A program made the position numbers and the translations under genes. DNA of 24,801 bases from a virus (taxonomy: Duplodnaviria; Caudoviricetes): positions 1-24,801 of the IMG/VR virus record IMGVR_UViG_3300050195_000104; one strand, written 5' to 3'. The notes under the pieces were generated by a model, which had not been told where the DNA came from, made no database searches, and saw only the letters and a program-made list of their open reading frames with translations. Every line of letters starts with the position of its first letter. The stretch's first letter is position 1. This document shows positions 7,901-16,192 of the stretch, one piece after another.

Positions 7901-9620
7901 TTACGCCGAGGTCGTGGACTACGGCAAGGCGCTGGTTGAGGAGGACAAGAAGCGCCTCAAGGTCAACAAGCAGATATCGCAGGTGCAGGTCGACGGTGCC
8001 AAGCGCACCGCGCAGGAGATGGCTCGGCGCGGCGGGTCACAGGCAGGGGCTGCCAAGGCCGCCACGGATGCAGAGAGCGCCCGCCTGGCCGCTCGCGCCA
8101 AGATGGCAGAAGAGCAGCGGCTCACCGGGTTTCCCCCAGTGGTGATGAACGCTGACGGCGGCAAGGAAGCGGATAAGGCCGCCCGTGAATACGCCTCCCT
8201 GTTCAAACAGGTTGAGCATGGGGTAAAGGCGCTCGAACTCCGCTCAGCCAAGGCTGGTGCGCAGGAGTTGAACGACGCTCTTGCCGCGCTCGACCAGCAG
8301 TACCTGACGCTCTACGAGAACATCGCCAAGCTGAACACCAAGGATGAGGCAGCGATGCGCAAGCGCGCGGATGCCGCCAAGGCCACGCTCAAGATCGAGA
8401 TTGGGCAGGAGTTCGCCCGCAAGGCCGCCGCCGCCAAGGTGGTCAGCATCCAGGAGGAGCGCGATGCACTGCTGGAAGTGGCCAAGGCGCAGGCCGAGGT
8501 CGACCCGTCCAAGGCCCTGAGCGCCCAGACCGAGCAGATCGCCATCATCGCGCGCTACAAGGACCAACTCCTCGAAGCGGCCCGCGCCGCGCTGGTGCTG
8601 GCTGAGTCGCAGAACAAGGTAGTCGAGGCGGCCAAGCTCAAGGCGCTCATCACCAAGACCGCGGCGTTCGACCCGGCGGCCGAAGATCGCAAGGCCCAGA
8701 TCGAGGATGCCCAGCGCGAACTGGCGCTGCAGCAGAGCATCCGGGACGCCAAGATCGCTGCAGCGGTCGAAGTGGCGAACCAGAACGATCCCACCGGCCA
8801 GGTCGCGGCGGCCGAGACGGTGCGCATCATGGGCGAGTTCCAGCAGGGGCTCACCGACACCGCTACCAAGATCAAGGATCTCGCGGTCGCGGCGGGCAAC
8901 CTGCCCTTGGCGGCGCAGATGGACGGACTGCTGGTCAAGCTCTCGGTTGCGGACACCAAACTGCTGGACCTGCGCAAGAGCGTGACGGACACCTTCGTCT
9001 CAGGCTTCGGTGGGGCGCTGACCACCAGCTTCGAGGGTCTGGCGAAGTGGATCGGCGGGGTGGGCGACTTCGGTGACGCTTGGGTCGGAGCGCGCGACGC
9101 CTTCCGATCCTTCGCCTCCGAGTTCCTGATGTCGATCGCCAAAATGATTATTCAGCAGCAGGCGCTGAACGTGGCGCAGGCGCTGATGGGTAGCGGGCAG
9201 GGCGCCGGCTTCGTCGGGCCGCAGGAGCCTGGGCTGGCGTCGATCGGCGTGCAGTGGCTCAAGGGCCTCGTCACGATGCACAACGGCGGCACGGTGGGCG
9301 GCGCGAACGGCTGGTCCCAGAGCGCGCCGGCCGTAGCCTTCGCTGGTGCGCCGCGCTTCCACGGGGGCGGGCTTCCCGGGCTGGCGGCAGACGAGGTGCC
9401 GGCGATCCTGCAGCGGGGCGAGGAGGTGCTGGCCAAGAACAACCCGCGCAACATCCTGAACGGCGGGGGCGCCCAGCCGGGCCAGCCCGCCGCACCGCAG
9501 CCCTTCACGATCGTGAACACCTTCAAGCCTGAGGAGGTGGTTGCCGCGGGATTGAGCGACCGGGCGTTCGTCAACTACGTGGCCGCAAATAAGAGCAGCA
9601 TCAAACGGGTTCTCGGTTGA
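4986..9620 (+). CDS. Tape measure protein
   Basis: 1544 aa, Ala/Glu/Gln-rich helical; tape-measure domain (ALEQMMSKGKISAEELTQQLGDSLPGA); hydrophobic middle; C-terminal RFHGGG..GL.ADEVPAILQRGEEVL. Confidence 0.95.
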   Translation: MASRGVTTDLVIRATEIKTKPLDDLLVTLGRLTTALNELDAEGGPASKSFQELTNEARKFEAVGNELAGRRALFEVFKQAKTGADLAGKALADAKRRLEEFNATAPAPKTRTDAQREEFKALEAAVKAANTSFRQADKVLATTEGKLQRIGVTAANVADELARLVEADDRAAAGFTRATQNAQGYQEAVRNQAAALKAKAVAEKEAAAATQTAADAARRAEQAEHDRLALLEQVGRAQQRTRGQEQLQEELQILAAHEAALKRDRDAQQQRADAIAATTKALAAQKAAEREAAVNLRATGIEAQDAATATGKLAQAARELAGTSTASTKGLAQAIGEIVDPSRRAALSMSEVQRELAGVIARQREAENAFHMTEPALKQLAADHEFLARALRDTEAQAGLIEGYQRAQKQFADTGAALDRARQALEKYAAEARAAGTSDAALEAGLRKQRAELDALLAAYQRQAQALSAMGTKARDAGVDLRDLATAEKAVTQQAQALRSAMDAASSSTTKLGQATEQARAASGKWGEEQRTALSLTQRIRGQILSLTAAYVGLFGVLNEARASLDAVTSLQGINNRLEVAFGKDAPGELERIRKEADRLGIGLQGAAEGYSRFAIAARAGGATADETFFIFSKFSEVSRVFKLGAEEQKRVFKALEQMMSKGKISAEELTQQLGDSLPGALDKMAKAMKMSPAELFKAMEKGQVSSRNLLLLAQEYGNSVRDQVVPASKSWQSELQRLETALFNFRSKVGAGGFSEEMGKLSQTLSTALSSEDGARAAQALSDSFSAVAMTLSALVPVVVGFASTVGGAIESVKSFAAGALEMGRAFQEMRGLDPAAPVLTLNEALRELGRVLAQGALLAGVMVLLRFASAAGAAYKVVKAFSAALVGAEGLAGAMVVVRGGVVALTAAWATLNTVSRAFILVGVYEVFNAIGDAAYKSSVFVRLLGAQIVGVGVIAAGLATGGIAGAKAAYAEVVDYGKALVEEDKKRLKVNKQISQVQVDGAKRTAQEMARRGGSQAGAAKAATDAESARLAARAKMAEEQRLTGFPPVVMNADGGKEADKAAREYASLFKQVEHGVKALELRSAKAGAQELNDALAALDQQYLTLYENIAKLNTKDEAAMRKRADAAKATLKIEIGQEFARKAAAAKVVSIQEERDALLEVAKAQAEVDPSKALSAQTEQIAIIARYKDQLLEAARAALVLAESQNKVVEAAKLKALITKTAAFDPAAEDRKAQIEDAQRELALQQSIRDAKIAAAVEVANQNDPTGQVAAAETVRIMGEFQQGLTDTATKIKDLAVAAGNLPLAAQMDGLLVKLSVADTKLLDLRKSVTDTFVSGFGGALTTSFEGLAKWIGGVGDFGDAWVGARDAFRSFASEFLMSIAKMIIQQQALNVAQALMGSGQGAGFVGPQEPGLASIGVQWLKGLVTMHNGGTVGGANGWSQSAPAVAFAGAPRFHGGGLPGLAADEVPAILQRGEEVLAKNNPRNILNGGGAQPGQPAAPQPFTIVNTFKPEEVVAAGLSDRAFVNYVAANKSSIKRVLG

Positions 9621-9645
9621 CGGCGTAAAACACTTGTACTACACT
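9617..9645 (+). promoter_or_regulatory. Sigma70-type promoter for the dUTPase cassette
   Basis: TTGACG (9617-9622, overlapping the tape measure stop), 17-nt spacer, TACACT (9640-9645). Confidence 0.7.
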
Positions 9646-9672
9646 GAGGGCTCACCAACAGGAGAACCCTCA
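9645..9672 (+). promoter_or_regulatory. Hairpin sequestering the dut RBS and start
   Basis: TGAGGG-CTC (9645-9653) pairs with GAG-aa-CCCTCA (9662-9672), covering part of GGAG and the A of the ATG. Confidence 0.55.
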
Positions 9673-10160
9673 TGCAAATCAAGTACCTCCCCCACGCCTT
9701 CCCTGAGCAGTACCTGCGCCGGTCTACCGCTGGCGCCGCAGGCTACGACCTGCGGGCATGCTCCTACCCCCTGCTGGCAGGCAACGACTACTTCGTGACA
9801 CACCAGAGCTTCGTGGTTCACCCGGGCGAGGTCGTCGCGTTCGGCACTGGCATCGCGATCGACATGGGCGCCGGCTACGAGGAAACCAGCCTCTGCGGCA
9901 TGGTGGTCCCTCGCTCCGGGCTGGGCAGCCGCGGCTTGGTGCTGGCCAACGGCACCGGCATCATCGACCCGGACTACCACGGCGAGATCATCGTCAAGCT
10001 GCGCAACGTGAGCGACGAGCCGATCACGGTCAACGCCTTCGACCGCATCGCGCAGGTTCTCTTCGTGCCGGTGTTCTTCCCGGCCTGGGAGGTCGTCGAC
10101 GAGTTCACCCGCACCACCGAGCGCGGCGTGGCGGGCTTTGGCTCGACGGGAGTGGCGTGA
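9672..10160 (+). CDS. dut: Trimeric dUTPase
   Basis: All five motifs present: AGYDL, PRSGLG, GIIDPDYHGEI, DRIAQ, RGVAGFGSTG. Confidence 0.96.
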   Translation: MQIKYLPHAFPEQYLRRSTAGAAGYDLRACSYPLLAGNDYFVTHQSFVVHPGEVVAFGTGIAIDMGAGYEETSLCGMVVPRSGLGSRGLVLANGTGIIDPDYHGEIIVKLRNVSDEPITVNAFDRIAQVLFVPVFFPAWEVVDEFTRTTERGVAGFGSTGVA

Positions 10161-10384
10161 TGGACTTCCGCATCAAGAGCTTCTACGCGACGCACTGCCC
10201 GCTCCCCGCACCTCCCCCGCCGCCGGAGCCCGAGCCGGAACAGATCCGTGTCTACGCCCGTCGCCGCGGAGAGCGTGCGGTGTTTCTTGCGGACCCGCCG
10301 CTTGAAGACGCGCTGGCCCAAGTCCGTGCAGAAGGCTACCCCGTCGTGCTGGCACTCGTACCCTCCACCAAGCTCAAGGACTGA
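10160..10384 (+). CDS. Hypothetical protein, 74 aa, Pro-rich linker
   Basis: TGATG coupling to dut, GGGAG RBS; MDFRIKSFYATHCPLPAPPPPPEPEPEQ...; 3' part of track ORF 9758..10384. Confidence 0.6.
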   Translation: MDFRIKSFYATHCPLPAPPPPPEPEPEQIRVYARRRGERAVFLADPPLEDALAQVRAEGYPVVLALVPSTKLKD

Positions 10385-10386
10385 AA

Positions 10387-10605
10387 ATGGCGATCACTCA
10401 GAAATGGCACACCTCCCGCGGCACCGCATGCGACAGCGAGCGCGCCGCCACGATCCGCGAAGACGCCGAGAATCTGGCGGCCGAGGCGCACAAGCAGGTG
10501 CCGGGCCTTCCGTTCAAGCTGGCGGCGGACATGCTGACCGTGCTGATGGCGGAGGGCAAGCTGCGAGTTCCGTTTGAAGGCTTCGAGCCCGCAAGTGCCG
10601 CGTAG
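10387..10605 (+). CDS. Hypothetical protein, 72 aa
   Basis: AAGGA RBS, starts 2 nt after the previous stop, phage-like codon usage. Confidence 0.65.
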   Translation: MAITQKWHTSRGTACDSERAATIREDAENLAAEAHKQVPGLPFKLAADMLTVLMAEGKLRVPFEGFEPASAA

Positions 10606-10614
10606 AATAGCCCC

Positions 10615-12387
10615 ATGACCCCCTACCACCCGTTGACCAGCACGGGCACTCCGCCCGACGATGCCGCGATGATCTGGCCTTGGCCACACAACTGGTCCGC
10701 CCAAGTCGTGCGCAGGCCGGAGTGGTCAACGGTGGTTCTCACCTCTGCAACGGGGACGGAGCAGCGCCAGGCGCTCCGGGAGTACCCCCGCGAGCAGGTG
10801 ACCTACGAGCACCTGCTGGAAGGGGACGACGCTGCACTGGCCTTCACCTTGCTGCGCGTGTGGAAGGGCCGCGACTGGCTCGTCCCTGACTGGACCGAGG
10901 CCACCAAGACAACCGCTCCCGCTGGGGCGGTTTTGTCGTTGGCGCGCAGCTCCGCAGGTGCCGGCATGGCCCTGCTGGGCACCGAGGTGGTCACCCTGCT
11001 GGACGCCGATGGCACGCTCGAAGTGGCGCCTTCCGGCAGTTGGCCGGCGGGCACCGTGCTGGTCCCCCTTCGCCTTGCGACGCTGGACGCGGACCAGACG
11101 GTGAGCAGCGTCACCGGGTCAGTTTCCCGGATCTCCCCGGTATTTCTGTTCGAGGACGTGCGGGTCGTGGACGAGTCAGTGCTGACCCGGATCAGCCACC
11201 CTGGAGGGGCGGTAACTACCTCGGAGGGGGTGTTACCCGTGGAAGGCAAGTACGGCCGTGGCCTATCTGCCACCAGTGTGGCGCTCTACCGGGAAGGGTA
11301 CCTGCGCACGGACGTAGAACACACCTTGGAGTTTTGGGTAAAGATACCGGCTCCAGGAGAAATACGGGAGAACATTTTACGGGCGTCCGTTACTACCAAC
11401 CGTATTGACTACAATCCTTTCGAGGGAAATATCGACTTCTACTGGATATTTCCCTACTCATTTAGCGTCCCGTGGTATGGCGAGTGGTTCCACCTTGCGG
11501 TAGTACGAGACGCGGACTGGACCTTACGGTGGTACCTTAATGGGAAGCTGCAACATACCCACCTAGACCCTTTCCATTTTACCGGAACCGAAGCGGACCT
11601 AGGTCTGTTGTCCTTATTCACGGCGGTACTTCCCGAGCGCGCCACGTTCTCAGGAATTCTCGACGATGTGAGGATGACCCACACCTGCAGGTATACCGCA
11701 GACTTCGTTCCCGGTCCTTGCGCAGTGGGCGAGGGCGACCCCCTCTGGCCCTACACCGCTTTTCTTTTGACGGGGGACCAGAGCCGCTGGGGCCAAGGCC
11801 CGACCGGGCCGCTTGCCGCAGCAAGTAACCCGCGTGCGCGCATGCTGCCCGTGGCCCACAACTGGGCGAGCAGTGCGCAGGCCTCGGTCGCGCGCGAGGT
11901 GGATGTGCTGGACCCCGGGGTAGGCCTGCGCCACCACCGCCCAGCGCGCGACACCTCCACCCTGTCCTGGACCTACTCCACACTGCTGGACAGCGATCTG
12001 GACATCTGGGCGTTCCGCGCGTTTCTGCAGCAGCACCGGGGCTCCGCAATCGGCTTCTACGCTGCGCCGCCGGGTTCCGAATTGACGGTAACTGCCGTGG
12101 GCGGTGGGAAGGCATTCGGCCCGCACTTCCGCCTCTGGCCTGAAAACTCACGACCCTTCCCTATCCTGGCCCTCCTCACCGCTTCGGGCTGGGGCTACGA
12201 AGCGGTGGACCGGGTGCTGGTGGACGGGCGCCTGCAGATGATGGGCCTGTCGGTGTACCCGCCCGGAACCATCCTGGCTGCGCGCGGGGTGCACCATGCC
12301 CGCGTGATGGGCGACGCGGTCGAGATCCGGTACACGACGCCCGGAGTGGCGGAAGTGTCCCTCCCACTGGTGAGCGTGGCACAATGA
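10615..12387 (+). CDS. Distal tail-like protein with an inserted LamG/concanavalin-A-like domain
   Basis: Two related halves (WPHNW...EQRQALREYPR; PVAHNW...FRAFLQQHRG...FY) flank a LamG-like block (TLEFWVK, WFHLAVVR, WYLNGK, GILDDVRMT...RYTADF); first structural gene after the tape measure gene. Confidence 0.75.
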   Translation: MTPYHPLTSTGTPPDDAAMIWPWPHNWSAQVVRRPEWSTVVLTSATGTEQRQALREYPREQVTYEHLLEGDDAALAFTLLRVWKGRDWLVPDWTEATKTTAPAGAVLSLARSSAGAGMALLGTEVVTLLDADGTLEVAPSGSWPAGTVLVPLRLATLDADQTVSSVTGSVSRISPVFLFEDVRVVDESVLTRISHPGGAVTTSEGVLPVEGKYGRGLSATSVALYREGYLRTDVEHTLEFWVKIPAPGEIRENILRASVTTNRIDYNPFEGNIDFYWIFPYSFSVPWYGEWFHLAVVRDADWTLRWYLNGKLQHTHLDPFHFTGTEADLGLLSLFTAVLPERATFSGILDDVRMTHTCRYTADFVPGPCAVGEGDPLWPYTAFLLTGDQSRWGQGPTGPLAAASNPRARMLPVAHNWASSAQASVAREVDVLDPGVGLRHHRPARDTSTLSWTYSTLLDSDLDIWAFRAFLQQHRGSAIGFYAAPPGSELTVTAVGGGKAFGPHFRLWPENSRPFPILALLTASGWGYEAVDRVLVDGRLQMMGLSVYPPGTILAARGVHHARVMGDAVEIRYTTPGVAEVSLPLVSVAQ

Positions 12388-12391
12388 CCCG

Positions 12392-13768
12392 ATGACCTAC
12401 GCCACACTGGACACCTCCACTGACGCGGGCGCCCCTTACGAGCTGTTCGAGTTCACCGAGGCCGCCCGGGCATGGCGCTACACGACCGGCCCGGGCGCTG
12501 TCACCTGGGGTGGCCAGCAGTGGCTTCCCCGCCCGATCATGCGGGAGGCGATCAACCGCGACTCGGGATCGATCGGCGACCCCCTGCGGATCACCCTGCC
12601 AGACAACGACCCCCTCGCGCTGGAACTGCTGGCCGGGATGACGATGCATCAGGTCGCGGTGCGGGTCCGGCAGGTGCACCGCGGCGATCCGGACGCCGAG
12701 GCTCGCATCATGTTCTCGGGGCTGGTGTCGGGGGTGAGCTTCCAAGGCGCTTCGGCGGTGATCTCCTGCGCGAGCCGCTACGCGATGGTCTCCAAGCGTC
12801 GGATCGCTCCGACCACCTACCAGGCCGGGTGCAACTTGACGTGGGGATCCAGTAGGTGTGGGGTCAACGCCGAGCTGTACCGCGTCGACTCCACCGCCAC
12901 GGCCAGCGACCAGGTGGGCCGGGTGCTCACCGTGGCTGCGCTGTCGGGCTACGCGGTGGGCCACTTCAACGGTGGGCAGGTGGTCTTCGGTGGCACGCGC
13001 CGGTTCGTCGAGAAGCACGCGGCCGGCGGCGCGCTGACCCTCTCCTACCCGCTGGGTGGGCTGACCTCTGCGCCCGCCGCGGTGGCGGTGTACCCCGACT
13101 GCAAAAAGACGGAGTCGGACTGCATCTCGCGGTACAACAATCTCCCGAATTACCTCGGGTGGACGCATCTTCCGAGTATCAACCCCTATAACCGTTCAGC
13201 CTACTACTTGGAAGAGGCCGAGGTGGTAGCTCCCCCCGCGGGGTCTACGGGAGACCTGCCCGGTTACCCCGGATACCAGATTACTCTTGCACCGGCCAGA
13301 GTCGAAGTCTTGAGTATCATGATGTACGAGCCTACCCGAATGACGCTTGAATTTACGTCGAACGGCAGTTTACTACTGCGAACGGAGGTGTATCGGTATA
13401 ACGCGGGGGGAGGGGGCGACGACCCTAGCCTTCCCGGGGGATGGTTCCTGGCAAACGATACTACCGTGCCTGTTCCGGGGATGTGGGCGAGTCCCCGGCC
13501 CACTCCCGGCTACGGGGACACTGCGTTTCGAGTAGACACGATACCCCCTCTGGTAGACGGCGACCCTAATGCCTCTATCCTCACGGGATTCGCGCAGTGG
13601 GTGGACCCGAGCCCTTCAGTTATCGCAGTAGTTGACGCAACAACGCCGCACCGGCTGGGAGCGCAATGGGTGTTTACCATCCGCGTCCGGAACCGCACCA
13701 CTGGCATCATGATTGCACAGGGGGAGCTGACCGTAACATTCAGTGGGCCCATCAACCAGGAGGGATGA
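12392..13768 (+). CDS. Tail hub protein (BR0599/DUF2163, gpL-like) with C-terminal extension
   Basis: PYELFEF...WRYT start; four Cys (GCNLTWGSSRCGV, PDCKKTESDC) and YNNLPNYLGW..LP..NP, the usual family end, followed by about 185 extra residues. Confidence 0.85.
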   Translation: MTYATLDTSTDAGAPYELFEFTEAARAWRYTTGPGAVTWGGQQWLPRPIMREAINRDSGSIGDPLRITLPDNDPLALELLAGMTMHQVAVRVRQVHRGDPDAEARIMFSGLVSGVSFQGASAVISCASRYAMVSKRRIAPTTYQAGCNLTWGSSRCGVNAELYRVDSTATASDQVGRVLTVAALSGYAVGHFNGGQVVFGGTRRFVEKHAAGGALTLSYPLGGLTSAPAAVAVYPDCKKTESDCISRYNNLPNYLGWTHLPSINPYNRSAYYLEEAEVVAPPAGSTGDLPGYPGYQITLAPARVEVLSIMMYEPTRMTLEFTSNGSLLLRTEVYRYNAGGGGDDPSLPGGWFLANDTTVPVPGMWASPRPTPGYGDTAFRVDTIPPLVDGDPNASILTGFAQWVDPSPSVIAVVDATTPHRLGAQWVFTIRVRNRTTGIMIAQGELTVTFSGPINQEG

Positions 13769-13769
13769 C

Positions 13770-16187
13770 GTGGAGGCATTTTTACTGCAGGCTTTCTGGG
13801 CCACCTTTTTTATGGTGGTGGCAACGGCCATCGCCCCCGCTCCAGACCGACCAGAAGACAAAAAAGCGTCCACTCTCGGTGACGTGGACGCCCCGACGAT
13901 CAGCGAGGGATCCAGCGTTCCAGTCGTTATCGGCTCCGTGCTCACGGGTAAGCAGAACGTCTCATGGTTTGGCGGGTTGCGCAGTGACCCGATCACCCAG
14001 CAGGGGGTCGTGACCGGGCACCGGTACTACATTACCGCCCAGCTCTCGATCTGCCACGGGCCGATCGACGACATCCGCGAGGTGCGCCTGGAGGACACGG
14101 TGATCCCCGCCGCCAACGCACCACGCACCGCGACGACTGACTACTGGGACTACCTGATTGACGCCCCGACCCTGCTGGGTGGCGAGGACCAGGAAGGTGG
14201 CATCTCGGGCCGCATGCGCCTGTACCGGGGCACGCTGACGCAAGTATCTGACATCGAGATTGCCACCTTGGTGGGCGAGTCCTTACCGGCGTACCGTGGG
14301 ATCTGCTACGCGGTGCTGCGCGAGGTCTACCTCGGCACCAGCGCGCGTCTCAAGGGCCTGTCTTTTATCGTGGAGCACTGCCCGAACCGCCTCGGCGTAC
14401 CGAGCGGGCGCCACATCATCAGCGACCACCGGGACTCGAACGCGGTGTGCGCGCTCTACGAGATCCTGCGCGACGACTTCTGGGGCGCCGGGCTCGCTGC
14501 CGAGCAGTTCGACACGGTCTCCTGGCTGGCCGCCGCCGAGGTCGCCTACGCCGAAGGGCTGGGGGTCTCGATGACCCTCACCAGCCAGTCGGTTGAAGAC
14601 GCGGTCAACGCGATCAAGAAGTACCTGGACGCGGTGGTCTACGAGGACTTGGCCACCGGCCTCGTCACGATCAAGCTGATCCGAGAAACTGATCTCTCGG
14701 GGGCACCCTCGCTCGGGCGCGGCGTCATCGACTCGGTGGACATCACCCGGCTCGGCTGGGGAGACCTCCGCAACGCGGTGAAGGTGACCTTCACCGATCC
14801 GACGCGCAACTACGAGGTCGGCGGGGTCATGGCGCTCAACAGCGCGGCACTGGCCATGACCGGTGGGGCTCAGGATGTGGAGGTGCTGGACGCCCCCGCC
14901 TTCACAAACCGCGAGGTGGCGCAGCGATCAGCCGAGCGTCTGCTGCGTTCCCTGTCCTACCCCTTGAGCAAGGTGGAGGTGCGGGGCAACCGTCACCTTG
15001 CTTCCCTGCGCCCCGGTGACGCCTTCCGCCTGGTGTGGTCGCGCCCCGCCGTTGACACCTACTACCGGGTTACCCGCGTCGAGCAGGGGGTACTGTCGGA
15101 CGGCGGCGTGACGATCAGCGCCGTCGAGGATGTGTTCTCGGCCAGCGCCGGCACGTTCACGGCGCCACCGGGAAGCACCTGGACTCCCGAAACCTCGACC
15201 CCGGCCCAGCCGGTGACTGCTGCAGCCCTGCTGGAAACCCCCTACCACCTGCGCCGCAGCGACACTCGCTCCGTGATCTACGGCGCGGCGGCGCCGACCG
15301 CCGCCCACACCGGTTGGAGGGCCATCATCAACGGGAGCACCGCGGACACCAGTGTCTACCCCTGGATGATGCACGCCCCGCTGTCGGCGGCGATCCCGCA
15401 GTGGTCTGGTGCGGAGCTGGCCGCGTTGACGCTGGCCGCTCCCGCGCCGACTGCCGTGGTGACTCCCACCCCGGCTCAGTACGACGCGGGCGAGTCCCTG
15501 CTGCTGGTCGGCAGCGAGCTGATGGCCTACCGCGGCGTGACGCGCAACGCCAACGGGACCACCACCTTCACCGGAGTGACCCGCGCCGTGCTGGACACCG
15601 TGCCGGCAGGGCACGCGATCGGTACGCGCGTCCTCGTGCTCCCGTCGCTGGCTCTGCGCGCCGGGCTGGATCTGACGACCGACCAAGAGGTGCAGATCGG
15701 GGCGCAGACCATGACCTCGACGAACACCCAGAACGTGCTCGACGCGGCGATCAGTCGCATGACCACGGTGAGCCGAGCCCTGCGGCCCTACCCACCGGGC
15801 GCCGTGAGCGTCAACGGTGTGGCTTGGGGCGCAGGCCCGCACTCCTACCCTGCCACGGTTTCGTGGGAGCCCCGCACGCGCGCGGCTGTGCAGGTGGTCG
15901 ACCAGCTCGCCACGGGGCAAACCGCCGAGGCGGGTGTTTCCTACCTGCTGGAAGTGTTCGACGCGGACGGAGTGACCTTGGTGTCCTCCCACCCCATCAC
16001 GGGCACTTCGCACGAACTGGCGGACCACGGCAACTTCGTGCTGACGCTGCGCTCGCGCCGCGGCGGGGTGGACTCGCTGCAAACGCACCGCTTGGCGGTT
16101 ACCATCGGCGTGAACACCTCGCACTTGCTGGCCGAAGACAACAAGCACCTCGTCACCGAGGCCGGTGACACCATCTCGACGGAATAA
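13770..16187 (+). CDS. Tail tip / central tail protein (gpJ-like)
   Basis: GTG 13770 after GGAGG; PTISEG..VPVVIG, ICHGPID.IREV, PAYRGICY, LYEILRDDFWGAG, IKLIR, N.VKVTFTDP, LRPGD.FRL motifs. Confidence 0.88.
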   Translation: MEAFLLQAFWATFFMVVATAIAPAPDRPEDKKASTLGDVDAPTISEGSSVPVVIGSVLTGKQNVSWFGGLRSDPITQQGVVTGHRYYITAQLSICHGPIDDIREVRLEDTVIPAANAPRTATTDYWDYLIDAPTLLGGEDQEGGISGRMRLYRGTLTQVSDIEIATLVGESLPAYRGICYAVLREVYLGTSARLKGLSFIVEHCPNRLGVPSGRHIISDHRDSNAVCALYEILRDDFWGAGLAAEQFDTVSWLAAAEVAYAEGLGVSMTLTSQSVEDAVNAIKKYLDAVVYEDLATGLVTIKLIRETDLSGAPSLGRGVIDSVDITRLGWGDLRNAVKVTFTDPTRNYEVGGVMALNSAALAMTGGAQDVEVLDAPAFTNREVAQRSAERLLRSLSYPLSKVEVRGNRHLASLRPGDAFRLVWSRPAVDTYYRVTRVEQGVLSDGGVTISAVEDVFSASAGTFTAPPGSTWTPETSTPAQPVTAAALLETPYHLRRSDTRSVIYGAAAPTAAHTGWRAIINGSTADTSVYPWMMHAPLSAAIPQWSGAELAALTLAAPAPTAVVTPTPAQYDAGESLLLVGSELMAYRGVTRNANGTTTFTGVTRAVLDTVPAGHAIGTRVLVLPSLALRAGLDLTTDQEVQIGAQTMTSTNTQNVLDAAISRMTTVSRALRPYPPGAVSVNGVAWGAGPHSYPATVSWEPRTRAAVQVVDQLATGQTAEAGVSYLLEVFDADGVTLVSSHPITGTSHELADHGNFVLTLRSRRGGVDSLQTHRLAVTIGVNTSHLLAEDNKHLVTEAGDTISTE

Positions 16188-16192
16188 GCCAC

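Noticed and set aside
9758-10159. 5' part of the 208-aa ORF overlapping dut
   Set aside because: Alternative frame of dUTPase; the plausible gene starts at coupled ATG 10160.
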